From: Macrostomum lignano | Taxonomy: Eukaryota | Direction of reading: 5' to 3' | Assembly (NCBI GenBank): GCA_002269645.1 | Contig: NIVC01001457.1 | Location: forward strand, 222,213 to 286,212 | DNA: 64,000 nt | In this document: in pieces, positions 1 through 14,040 of the stretch | Layout: each line of letters opens with the position of its first letter | Numbering within the stretch: the first letter of the stretch is position 1 | The notes under the pieces: generated by a model | What the model was told of the DNA's origin: nothing | Databases searched by the model: none | Seen by the model: only the letters and a program-made list of their open reading frames with translations | Made by a program: the position numbers and the translations under genes

Positions 1-1079
1 GCGGCTGATGAAGACTGAAGGAGTCTGGGAATAGTATAACTAGTGATTAGGTCACAACGCCAAATGATGATGCAGCTCTAATTAAATGAGTAAATAAGTA
101 GAAGAAATAAAACACTTCTCAAATAAGAACTAATTGCACAGTTAGAGCTAAGCTTATATTAAGATATATTTTAATTAAACACTGCCAACAATATAAGGTA
201 TACGCCGTGTACTAAAAGCAATAAAATTAATTAACACATACGTATTTTTATTGATAATTTATTACAAAGGAACGCGACAGCAGAAAAGTACACAATATAA
301 GATTAGGCATATACAGTTTTTACAAACTAATTAATTGTACACTGCTAGTTCAGTAGTAACGATAGAAAAAACGCATTTCGATACACTTACTATACTACTT
401 ATATTACGCAATAAGATTTGCACGAATACGGGACACGATTTGAGACAGGGGAGTTATCATGGTCCCTAGGAACATGACGGCTCTGCACCAGACCAAAGGT
501 GTTTATTAAAAGAGATTCTTTAGAACCACGCAAAATCGTCATCTGATTACAATGAGGAACTCAATGCAAACAACTTTTTTTAGAAATTAAATACGTAACC
601 AGATGGTAAACAAAGCAAACGTTTTACCAGGTAAAAAATTTACAGGCATACATAACTTATTAAAGTTGAAACGACACCAACTCCAGTGCAACAGCAAAGC
701 AACCAGAACAAAACAAGAATCCAGTAAAAGAGAAAGGGTCTACAAGAAATAAAAAATGTACACAATGTACTTTAAAAATCGTAAAACGTATGTACTACTC
801 GTAAGCATACTCAAGCGTATTAAAAACGTCAATTCAATTTGCTGAAAATCGTTATCGTAAAGTATTTAGGAGCTAATAAAAATTTAATAAAACGATAATT
901 AATGACAAAGAAAAGACACCAAAAGCTGCATTGCAGATTTTTTAATTTGAACAAATTTGAACTGCAAAGTTAGAAGTAATAAAATCTATTGTATGCGAGC
1001 TTTACTATTACTCATTAACCAGTGCACCTGATATGCCTGTACTGCAGTTTTTTGTGATTAGCAATCCATTACAGCATTG

Positions 1080-1310
1080 GGATTTAGGGAAGCGATTATC
1101 GGAATAGATTAGGAGAACGGATTCGAGATCTGGATTAGGGGAACTGATTAGAGACCTGGATTAGGGATTGGATTCGAGATCAGGATTAGGAAATTAGATT
1201 AGAGATCTAGATTGAGGGATTGGATTAGAGATCCAGACTAGGGGATTGGATTAGAGATCTAGACTAGGGGAACAGATTAGAGATCTAGCTTAGGGATAGG
1301 GTTAGAAGGA
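1080..1310. repeat. Degenerate ~20-bp tandem repeat (GGATTAGAGATCT(A/G)GA..-type)
   Basis: Recurring GGATTAG(A/G)GA..GAGATC blocks just 3' of the zinc-finger gene stop codon. Confidence 0.6.
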
Positions 1311-1497
1311 ATCAACACAACCTAAATGTAGATCAACTAAAGCATTACAGGAAAGATTAGTAATGAAGTGTAGAACTGCATTAATATTCAGTGGCAAACG
1401 GCGAATAATTGGTTTATGTTTTGGTACATAATTCTCTCAACCAAATACAAATACAAGTCGCTAAATAATTATTCGATCAATCAATTTGATTGATAAG

Positions 1498-3163
1498 TTA
1501 ATCGTAATATTCTTCAATAGGCTCTGATTTGGTTGGGGCAACAGCGAGGGCGCCAGAGCCGGATGATGAGGCGGCAGAGGTGCCCACAGACACCTGCGGA
1601 TGCAGCACAATCTGGAGCGTGAGCTTCGGCATCTGGCTTTGCTCTTGCTGCTGCTGGGCTGCCGGCTTAGGCAAAAGCTTCGGCGGCTGTCGGGATCGCT
1701 GCTGAGAGGTGGCCGCCTCCTCCTCAGCGGCAGCGGCGGGGCGTTTCAGAGCCGGCTCTTGGGCGGCAGACCGGACACTCGAGATCGACAGCTTGGAGTT
1801 GCGACGCTTGTTGCTGCCGCTGTTGGCCGCAGATGCTGGGCCAGTTCCGCTAGCAGCGACGGCGGCAGCTGCAGCAGCACGCACGTGTGTCAGCTGATGC
1901 GAAGTCAGACGGCAAGGCCTGGTGAAGGTTTTGCCGCAGGTTGGGCACTGGTGCGGACTGTCGCGGGAATTGTGCGTGAACATGTGCGTCTTGAGAGTGC
2001 TGGACTGGGTGAAGGTGCGGCCGCACTCCCGACAGGTGTAAGGCCGTTCGCCAAGGTGTATCAGCATGTGCTGCTTCAGGTAACTGGCCTGAGAATGGAT
2101 CAACAATGATGGGATAAGAGTTTGACAGCTCTGTATTAGAATGAAAACGGTGAAAACGGTACCTAGGGTCAAGAAGCGTCCTAGAGACTCTTTTTCGTCT
2201 ATCATGACACAAAAGCCTTAATTTTGTAGGGTGCCCGACACTAACCCAAAACACTTACCGTAATCTAACAAAAACCCGAACTTGGTCAACTTAATTTGTG
2301 GTGGCTTCTTAACTTGAAATTTCCTGGCCTTTTGAATGATTTTCAATGCACATTCTCAAATTAACATTTTAATCCATACTTTTCAGCAGTGAAAGGGAGC
2401 TAAAATTCAAAACTTGTGCTGTTTGCTGTGAGAATTTAAACTTGGCAGATAAGAAGCTACTGCCACCTACAGCCCCAGACGTTTCCCTTGCAACTTTTAC
2501 AGATGCTTATATTACAGGTGAATTTTACCGAATTACGGTCGAATTATAATTCCATAAATCGCAACAACAGACCTGGGAGAACATCTTCCTACAGACGCCG
2601 CACTCCAAGTTTCTCTGATCCGAATGGCCAAGCATGTGTCGCAGCAGTGAGGCCCGAGACCCAAATGGTTTTGAGCAAACCAGACACAGCTGCCGACTAT
2701 TGCCGCTGGCTAACGCAGCCTCCACCTCTCGCTCTTCATCATAATCGTCATCGTCATCATCATAGTCGTCGTCTTCTTCGACTTCAGCCTCCACTCGACG
2801 GGCGGCAGCTGCGGCCACGGCGGCAACCGCTTGGCACTCGCTGCCGAGCACGTGCTGCTCAAGTTTGTTGGGATCACTGAATGATGAACCGCAGGCTTCG
2901 CAGCGATACAAAAGCTGCTGCTGCTGCTGCTGCTGCGCAAGATTATTGCCTCCATCGCACAGCATCTCAACAGAGCAGTCCAACAGTTCAGACTTGAACG
3001 CAGTTGAAGCTCCAGCAGTGAGACCGCGCCCAGGCTTAGCTGACAGAGCACTGGCTTCCTCTAGAGACTTTTTCTCCTGTTTGATCCTGGCCGACAGCTC
3101 TGCGCCCAGCTTTTGCTCACTGGTGCGATTCTGTTTGCTGATTAAACTGAGCGATTCAGCCAT
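1498..3163 (-). CDS. C2H2 zinc-finger transcription factor, two exons (3163-2573, 2088-1498), ~393 aa
   Basis: Splicing CAG|gtctgt (2572) to ctcag|GCC (2089) completes a finger across the intron (CGVCRKMFSQ|ASYLKQHMLIH). There are four canonical C-x2-C-x12-H-x3-H fingers, an atypical N-terminal finger, an LGERPY linker, and acidic, poly-Q and poly-A tracts. An additional upstream exon cannot be excluded. Confidence 0.9.
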
Positions 3164-3383
3164 GCCAAATAGAAGTTAGAAAAACACCTATTTGAGTTTT
3201 TGCTTCTCCAACCTAATTTAGTAATTTAGTAAGTAAAACCACTAGGCTGCGGTTTTTTGCTGGCATGCAAGGTTTTGAAATGAGATAAGTTAAGCATTCA
3301 GAGCAAATGGTTAAATGGTAGACTGGAATCAGCCTAGCTAAGTACTAAATAATGTAAAATCACTAATGGTAAAATTAATAATA

Positions 3384-3645
3384 TGAGGGCTGTCCATAAA
3401 GTAGTGTTATTTTTCACTATATCTCTTGTTCTGCTGATCCAAATAACATCATTTTGCACAGATTTATAGTGGCAACTCTCTTCTTTCAACTTTCATATAA
3501 TTAAAAACAGACATTGGAAATAAAAGTTATAAACTAAAAGTGTAGCAGGACCTCATAAAGGACCTCATAATAACATCATAACAAAATGATGTTATTTGGA
3601 TCAGCAGAACAAGAGTTTATATATATACGCGAAATAAGTGCCCCC
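3384..3645. mobile_element. Small mariner-type MITE
   Basis: Begins TA-TGAGGGCTGTCCATAAAGTAGTGTTATTTT, similar to the mariner TIR at 54335. It has a 34-bp inverted repeat, 3423-3456 versus 3582-3615. Confidence 0.5.
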
Positions 3646-4204
3646 AGGATTAAATTGAGTGGAACGAAACAGCATACTTGGCCATAGACATATCTCTAGT
3701 GACAGCAGAATGAATTGGAATTCTCTATTGTGGATTAAATTGAGTGCCTCTAGTACCCAATTAACCAGGAAATGCTATACCAAATTTATGTCAATGTGGC
3801 TGACCAAATGTCTGCAACAAGAAAAAGTAATACTACTTTCTGGACATCCCTCATATAATATTATGTTATTATTACTATACACGCCTATATTGCTATATTT
3901 AATACATAGTTGATAAACAAAATGACAAGTTTAGAGATATATTAGGCCTAATTTGCCACTAGTTGACAAAATTACCTAAGACAACCATATATGCGCAACC
4001 TCCAAAATTCAGTTGGCCATGCGACTTAGTTTTAACAAAGATGTGACATAGTTTTTGGCCAAAAATGCAACTTACATGTAATAAAAACCCTACAGCAAAA
4101 TTAACACAACTTTGGGTAAATGGCAAGAGTAATTATGACTGTCTTATTAGGTCAAAATGCCTTGTCAGCTACTTAGTGATACTACTTTGGTATTTTTTGG
4201 GTGG

Positions 4205-5995
4205 GCATTTTTGCAACTTCCTTGATTGGCTGCCAAATCGGTCGGCTGGATCGGCCAACTTGGCCGACTGTTGCGCATGTATGAAGACAACTGCAATGGC
4301 TTCTTATGGAAGCCAAGTTTAAACTAGGCTATGCTAATGTCCTTTTTGTCAGAGTTTTGTCTTTATTTTAATTAGACTAGACTTTTATATTTAGAAAGTT
4401 AAGTTTTTTTGCTATTCATTAGGTCTATTTAAATATTTTTTAGGCCTAATAAAAATGAGAACTAGGGTCTAACTAATTTGAAATTCAAATCTTGGCAAAA
4501 TATGAAACAGCCCAAGCCCTAATGATGGGTCTAGGCTTGTTTGCTTATGACACTATAATCCATACCATAGTCTGGATCATGTTGAGTACACAACGGAATA
4601 CTCTGAACCAATGCACACAAGTGCTAAGTAGATGTATACCAATACCAAGCAAATGCACACCAAACTTATATACTAGGCCTACAGAAAAACTTGCAACTTT
4701 TATATTTAAAAAATGCACTTAAAAAAAACTAAGACTTCAACAGTATTTTAAAATATTTTACTAAATGAATATGCATCATTTATTTTAGGCACATTAAAAT
4801 TTGATGTTTAAATATTAAAATGTCATTTTGCAATAAAAATAAAAATAAGTATAAACTCTTGTCTTCACAACATCATGTCTTTTCATGAACTTTTGTCTCA
4901 ACAAAACATGCCTCACTATTATGCCAGGCCACATTTTACTTTAGCTAGGTCTATTCTATACCATAGCACACCTAACATGCCACTTTGGCATACAATACCA
5001 AAGTATATGCCAATGCATGCCACAATTTTTAGGCTGAACCAAATGTAGGCCTATGCATGAATTTTCTGGCATGATGTATGCCTTCCAGAGTATTGACTAT
5101 AATATAGGCCCTAGGTCTATGAATATGATATCAAGCCTTAGGCCTATCTTATGAATATGTTAGATCTTACGGATAGGGGCTAAGTTAGCCTAACTAATTT
5201 AATTAGTGGGCAGGCCTCTTTACATAGCATACAGCTTAATACTAGGCCTATAATAATGTAACTTATTTCATTTGCAATATTTATTTTATATTAGGCCTAT
5301 ATTAGTAAGTCCAGTCCAGGCAAGGCAAGCAGCAAGTAATTAAGCCAGACTGCCAGAGTCATTGTCAGTAGGCCTAGGGCCTAGTAAAAGGTTTAGGCTT
5401 GAGTGAAGTAGGGCCTAGTAAAAGGTTTAGGCTTGAGTGGCACAAACATAATCACAATATAGGGCCTAGTCTAGTACACCTGAGACTGACACGACATGAC
5501 ATCGACGAGTCACGAATGACATCGAATGAAAATGAAGTATAAAATTAGTACTGATTTCATTTAGCTGCTTATGCTTAGTCTGAACATATGATTTGTGAAA
5601 CGTTGTGAGACGCTTGTGTTAGTTCAGAGCAAATCATTTCACCTAAAAAATTAATTCTACATCAATTATCAGACCGTTTAGTTATCATAGTAAAATTATT
5701 AAATTACATTTTGAAAAAGGTTCTTATAAAATTGAGAAAATTCAGAATTTAAGTTTTAATTACTTAAACAAAACGCAAATAATTTTAGTAAAAAATAATT
5801 GGTTATCATCAACCTTTTATTTTAAAAAACTTATGTTGTACCTGTAAAGCTTTAAGCGAAAGTATTTCTTGAAAAAATTTCTTTGATTTTGTATCTCCAG
5901 GTGGTGAATTTTTTCTTTCATACATGCGCAACTATCGGCCAACCTAGCCAATCCATCCGGCTTAAATTGTGGTAAAACAAGGGAAGTTGCAAAGT
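4205..5995. repeat. Pair of ~75-bp dispersed inverted repeats (about 4205-4285 and 5915-5995), probably MITE fragments
   Basis: GGCCGACTGTTGCGCATGTATGAA near 4262 is almost the reverse complement of TTCATACATGCGCAACTATCGGCC near 5917; the homology extends to TTTGCAACTTCC. Confidence 0.5.
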
Positions 5996-8984
5996 TAACT
6001 TGATCTTGGGATCCTGGGATTTATGGCTTTTTCTAGTATCCCAGGATTCAGGGATTCACAGGGTCGGGATTCAATTCTGGAAAGTTAATGCTGTTTTTAT
6101 GTCTAGTCTAATATAATAGCAATTAGCAAGGCAGGTAAAATATGGAACATATATGCATCCATGTCCATTCTCCACTGCCCACTTTGTAAAATCTTTGATG
6201 TTTAAAAGTTCAGTCTTGTTTAAATAATTTAATGTTTATTTTAAATTTTGAACTTTTGTGCATATTGTGACAAGAAGTAGGATTAATTAGTGCTTACCTA
6301 CTCAGACTTAAGTCCCTTAAAAGTAGGCCCTAGTTATTCTTTTTTAGAATATTTCATTAATTTATTTCCTAGAGTCTACATAATTTTGCAAATGAAACTT
6401 GACAATTGCCAAAATTTCTTCTTTTCAATGGCAATGCATAAGTAGGCCTATTTTATAGTATGCCTTGTTCTAAGGGTTCATTTTTGAATTTTGTCATATT
6501 TTTGGGTTTTATTTATTTAATTGTATATGCATGTGATGTTTTTTTCTTTATTTAATGTACATGAGCCAACCCTCTCTCTCTGCTAATGCTATCCCATATT
6601 AAATAATAATTAAAAAGGGTATGATTTCAGTAAGCATGTTTTTTGCTAAGTGGTTTGTTTTGTTTGCCTATGTAAGAATGCAGAGGTATTGAAAGCTACA
6701 AACAACTGATTTTTGCCTACTTAATTATTTTTCAGTTTTAAAAAGCTGTCAATTTAACATACCTAAGACTAGGAAAAAAATAATTTCTTGCAAATCAATT
6801 TTTTTTTATTATTATGAATATGAGTTGCTTAAATGAGTCAAGTCCCTAGGCCTAAGCCTAACATTTTTTTCAAGGACTGCTTAACAACATAATATGTTAC
6901 TTGCAAATGTTAGTAGAATTCTAAAAGATTGCATTGAATAAATGTGTCTATGGTTTTAGTGGCCTTTTTGCTTAGTCATTTTGCATAGCAGCGCAGCATG
7001 ATAGCCTACAAGTCTAGCTTAGAGCACCAAGTAGACAAGGGCAAACAGCTAACTTCTCTGTGTTCTTGGAATATTTAATTTCCTACTTCAAATTTGAATT
7101 GAATTATACAAGATTCTGACAAAGTATTACAGACTCCAGGCTATATCAGCACTATAAAAGTAGTGAAAAATGCTGATGCACTGTGTATTACTTGTGCTTT
7201 TCTGAAAGAAGAGGATGAGACTCTGACTCCTGGATCAAGGCTTTGCCTATCGCAGCAAAGGTAAAGTAATATTTTAGCATGTATATAGGCGTATGCTGCA
7301 AGCATTGGCCAGAGGGTGCTTAAATGAAGCAAGCAAGGCCTGGACTCTCAAATAGCACATGGGTAGTCTTGGCATAGTTGGGACAGATTCCTATTATCAA
7401 AATATTGTCAAGACACATCTTAACTTAAGTCTTTATGGGTGTCATGTCATTGGATAAGCAGAGGATACTCCAGATAACCTAGCACATATAGTTTTTGCAA
7501 TTAGCTACAGTTGAGCATTTTGTGGGAGCATAGGCATTTGTAGCCTAGCTCGTCCATAGATTTACAGTCTTTATCTGTAACTTTGTTCAACCAAGTAATT
7601 TTTCTTATCCAAATTGTATGAGTACACAAATTTGGTGAGACAGTTATGAATATTATGTATGACAACCTTTTTACTAAGTGTCTTTAACTTTACTTGACCA
7701 TTACTTGAAAATCTTTACTAATCAAGGTTTTTGATGCTTTAATTTTAGGATAGTTCATTGACATCTAACTCATCTTTGCTGCCTTTGTGTTGCTTCTACA
7801 TTTTTGAAAAGTTTAGAAATTATAATACAAGCATATCAAGTATAATTATTGAAGAAGTGTAGTTCCTATCATTCAATATTATCATTCTATCATTCTCATT
7901 TCTTAGTTAATTCCTCAATGCTTCTACACTTTAGAAATTCATCTAGGAATCCCATTATTTTTGGTATTTCTTTGTTCTTTGGAAATAATACAAATGACTA
8001 GTTGGAATGCATACATATATAAAAGGATTTATTCACTAGACTTCAATTCAATTAATGTATTAGGCACATTGCTTCACAAGCAAAAAAGCCACTAAAACCA
8101 TAGACACATACATTCAAAGCAGCCTTTTAGAATTCTGCCAATATTTGCAAGTGTAATGTTCTTTGTTGTTAAGTAGTCCTTGATTTTTTAGACTTTAGTC
8201 ATTAGGAATAAAAGCTACATTTTAATATAGGGCCTAGTATTAGGTTTGCATTATTTAAAATTTGCCAGCATAGGCCCCTAAAATTAGCAACTTATAATAA
8301 AAAAATATATGATAAATTTGGGAAGAGAAATGAAATTATCAATTGAGTAGTAACCCTACGCTCTCAAATATATTAGTGTTACATAATAGGCCCCTATGCT
8401 AGAAAAAGTGACTTTCTAAGTCATAAATTAAGTTTATACAAAAAATTATTTATGATTATATGCTAGACATTATCAAAAGGCAATAAAGGAAAGGACCTGC
8501 ATTATGACATTTTGGTTTTTAATACATTAATAGCTATTCCAAAAGCCTTGGGCTATGCTGGCTCTATGTGTGGCACAATTTTCTAGTAGGTTCTAGTTGG
8601 ATATTTATGCCAGCCATTTTCTTACATCAATTAGGCTTATACACTAGAATTTTTGGCATAAATGCAAGATTTGAAAGTAGGGCAGTAACCAAACCTAGTA
8701 TGTGCATTAATAGGCAAGAAATAAAAAAGTGGTATCCTATTCCTATCTCTAGCCATGGCTAATAATCAATTAGGCTTTTAATTATTGCCTACTTATATTT
8801 GACTTTGATCTATATATATTTATGCTTTCTTATTGGCTAAACTAGATTAGGCTTATCCCTTAGGCAGAGTTATCTATATTATATTCATGTGTGTATATTG
8901 AATTATATGTTTGTTCATGTATAATCCTATATGATCAAGGCCATAAACCCTAAGGAAAATAAAAAATAGCTATTGCATTCATTT

Positions 8985-9240
8985 TTAGTGACATTAGCAT
9001 AGACAGCTACTGACAGAGATTAAACACTTTACTTTTCCACAATTTAAATTGCAACTAACATTTAGGTATTTTACTATCTGTTGTTTTAGTTGATCCTTTA
9101 GAAAAATACTAGATTTGTCTTTTTTGATTAAATATATAGCCCACAGATACTAGAATAACTAGATATGTCACTCGCAATTAAAATTGTGAAAAAGTAGAGC
9201 CTCTACTCTTTTTTCAGTAGTTGTCTGCGCTAATGTAATT
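8985..9240. mobile_element. Palindromic MITE-like element
   Basis: CATTAGCATAGACAGCTACTGA (~8990) pairs with TCAGTAGTTGTCTGCGCTAATG (~9215), and TTTTCCACAATTTAAATTGC pairs with GCAATTAAAATTGTGAAAAA. Confidence 0.45.
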
Positions 9241-11029
9241 TAATTTGATGTAGAAGGTAAAATTCCTTTCCTTCCTCAGGGCTTGCGGCCTCAAGAGCAT
9301 ATGGGGTTAAGAATGAACAAACATTCTTAACATCCTATTAACTCGATGTACACAAATGAATGCAAGACGGATGAAACTCAGCCTAGGGGGGGGGGCAGGC
9401 CCAATCTAGCTCAGCCAATGAGAGAGCAGTAGAGAAATGTCTGGGCGCCAGCACTATTCTCTCTTGCTCTCTATGCCAAGCACTGAATTTGGGAATTTTA
9501 CATTTTTTTAGTTTTCTACAGTCTTAAGTCTTAAATTCGTTTATTTTTGAACCGGTAAAACTCAGCAGACATGCTTATTTAATTTGCCTGCTTGTAGAAT
9601 TCGGCACAGACAAATTTTGCAGCTTTAAAAACTATAAATTTTCATTTCACTTTTATAAAGGCAAAAAATGCTAATTTTGCTACTGAAAAAAGAGTAGAGA
9701 AACACATTTTTTTGCAAGTGACACATCTAGTTATTTTAGTATCTGTGATATAGCCTAACTTTTATTTACTTTAGTTTTTTACAATACATTTAACCCTCAA
9801 AGATTTTTAGTATAAGCTATAAAAAATTAAATTTTATTATTTTTGAGTTCTTTATATTCATTTGCCATCACAACTTACAACATTTTATAATATAAGTATT
9901 TTAAACATTTTTCTAATCTTATATACCAAGAAACTATTTACCAAGACTTTATATCATGCTTAACCATTAACCAAATATCACAAAGTAAAAGATAGTAAAG
10001 CCAAATATAAACTCAAGGATTCAAGTCAAGGAAATGAATGGTCAAGGACTAAAGCAATAAATATTTTCTATGCCATGTGCACATTGTATAGTTGGTATAA
10101 TAAGGGCTAAATTTAAAATAAATGCAGTCTTATATTTTATTCTTGTATAATAAATAAATGAAAAATATTAATAATGCTAAACTATCACACTATGACAATC
10201 TAGGTTAATAGAAGAGAAAATTGGATATGTCTAATAAAAAAATATATAGGAAATTTTTGGTTATAGAAGATATATCTTAGTATTTGTGCATGTCAAACTA
10301 TTCCCCATAATTTATATTTGTTATAGTAATTTAATTTATCAAAAATTCCATTTTTCTTTATTTCATTCAATAGGCAATGCTATCTATATTAAGTTTTCTC
10401 AAATATAAAATATCTTGCTTTATTCACTTTACATTAAAATAAAGAACAATGTATTGGACAAATAAAAATCATGTAACAAAAGCATATAACAATTTTTGTT
10501 GTTTTTTACCAAACCCAGCTTCTTGGTGTCATTGTGGGCAGATCAACATATCATTTGTGTACATAGGTTACTTTAGGCTCCACTCTATGAGTTGATAGGC
10601 CCTTTGCTAATGAGTTTTATCTAACCCTAGCAAATCATCTGCAAGGTACAAATATAGTAAAATGCAAATATAGTTATTTAACTCAAAGAAATGACTATAT
10701 AGATATACTAGTAGTTTTCAGAATTTTGTTCGAAAGTTCTAATTTTCCAAAATCTAGTTCCTATGTAGCAAAAATTAATAATTATCATGGCTACTAAATT
10801 GATGCTACAAAAATGATGATTAATTGGTATCGAAATATTTTTTAGATTGTTATGTAAAAAATGAGGGTAACACTAGGATTGGCTCCTTAATTTTGCTCAT
10901 GCATCACAATATCTCTTTGTTAGTTCAACTTCTCTTTGTTAATCATGGAATTAATTACATTAAAAAACAATCAAGGCTCCTTGAACATCTTTGTGTAGAT
11001 TATTAGTTGATGCTGTCCCCCACAGCAAC

Positions 11030-12531
<1,502 letters not shown>

Positions 12532-12718
12532 AACAAAATCGAGAACGAGAAACTGCTAAATTCTTTATTGCAACTTGTCTCGTTTGTTAGTTTTGCCATC
12601 TAGAATTAATAATAATTCATAAATTAAAAAATGAGTGGAGTATTAGTTGCGCTTGGAATCAACTTTGTAATTGTTTTTTTTGGTCATTTTGGCGGCAAGG
12701 CTGTTTATTAGTTCTGTG

Positions 12719-12770
12719 AATAGATAGATAGACAAATAGATAGATAGATAGATAAATAGATAAATAGATC

Positions 12771-12819
<49 letters not shown>

Positions 12820-12820
12820 T

Positions 12821-12855
<35 letters not shown>

Positions 12856-12856
12856 G

Positions 12857-12892
<36 letters not shown>

Positions 12893-12922
12893 CAAATAGA
12901 TAGATAGATAGATAAATAGATC

Positions 12923-12975
<53 letters not shown>

Positions 12976-12976
12976 T

Positions 12977-13015
<39 letters not shown>

Positions 13016-13024
13016 GTAGATAGG

Positions 13025-13079
<55 letters not shown>

Positions 13080-13232
13080 ATAAATGGATAGATAGATAGA
13101 TAGATAGATAGATAGACAGATGGATGGATAGATAGATAAATAGATAAGTAGATAGATAGATAGATAGACAAATGGATAGATAGATAGATAGATAGATAGA
13201 TAGACAAGTAGATAGATAGATAGATAGATAAG

Positions 13233-13291
<59 letters not shown>

Positions 13292-13315
13292 GTAGATAGA
13301 TAGGTAGATAGATAA

Positions 13316-13359
<44 letters not shown>

Positions 13360-13362
13360 ATG

Positions 13363-13396
<34 letters not shown>

Positions 13397-13460
13397 CAAA
13401 TGGATAGATAGATAGATAGATAGACAAATAGATAGATAGATAGATAGATAAATAGATAAG

Positions 13461-13533
<73 letters not shown>

Positions 13534-13538
13534 GGATG

Positions 13539-13595
<57 letters not shown>

Positions 13596-13604
13596 ATAGA
13601 TAAG

Positions 13605-13672
<68 letters not shown>

Positions 13673-13862
13673 CGGATAGATAGATAGATAGACAGATAGA
13701 TAGATAGATAGACATTTGGATGGATAGATAGACAGATAGACAGATAGATAGATAGATAGACATTTGGATGGATAGATAGACAGACAGATAGATAGATATA
13801 TAGACAGATAGATAGATAGACATTTGGATGGATAGATAGACAGATAGATAGATAGATAGATT
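12719..13862. repeat. (GATA)n microsatellite array, ~1.15 kb (Bkm-type)
   Basis: TAGA repeats with GACA/GGTA/AATA/AGTA interruptions, some recurring as higher-order blocks. Confidence 0.99.
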
Positions 13863-14040
13863 GATTGATTAAAACAAATGTTATGTCCAGCCTGACAGAC
13901 AGACAAATGTAGAGATTTTTTTGTCCATTATAATCAAAGCCGTTTGTTCGCAATCTCAGAGAATGCGCCTACACTAGAAGACGTCGGTGCAGTTCAATCA
14001 AAGTCAAAGTGATAAAAGAAACATTAGAATATTCAGCAGA

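Noticed and set aside
1498-3163. Both zinc-finger exons are exactly 591 nt
   Set aside because: There is no sequence similarity between them; this is a coincidence and depends on the assumed start codon.
1600-3179. Plus-strand ORFs overlapping the zinc-finger gene, and similar shadow ORFs over the glucosidase, low-complexity gene and transposases
   Set aside because: They are antisense or alternative-frame shadows of GC-rich coding sequence with no independent signals.
3650-10990. Hidden gene or snoRNA in the long AT-rich interval
   Set aside because: Only short ORFs and MITE-like inverted repeats were seen; no convincing exons or box motifs.
12659-13953. SIYL/YLSI-repeat ORFs of 325-415 aa
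   Set aside because: They are artefacts of (TATC)n, which has no stop codon on that strand.
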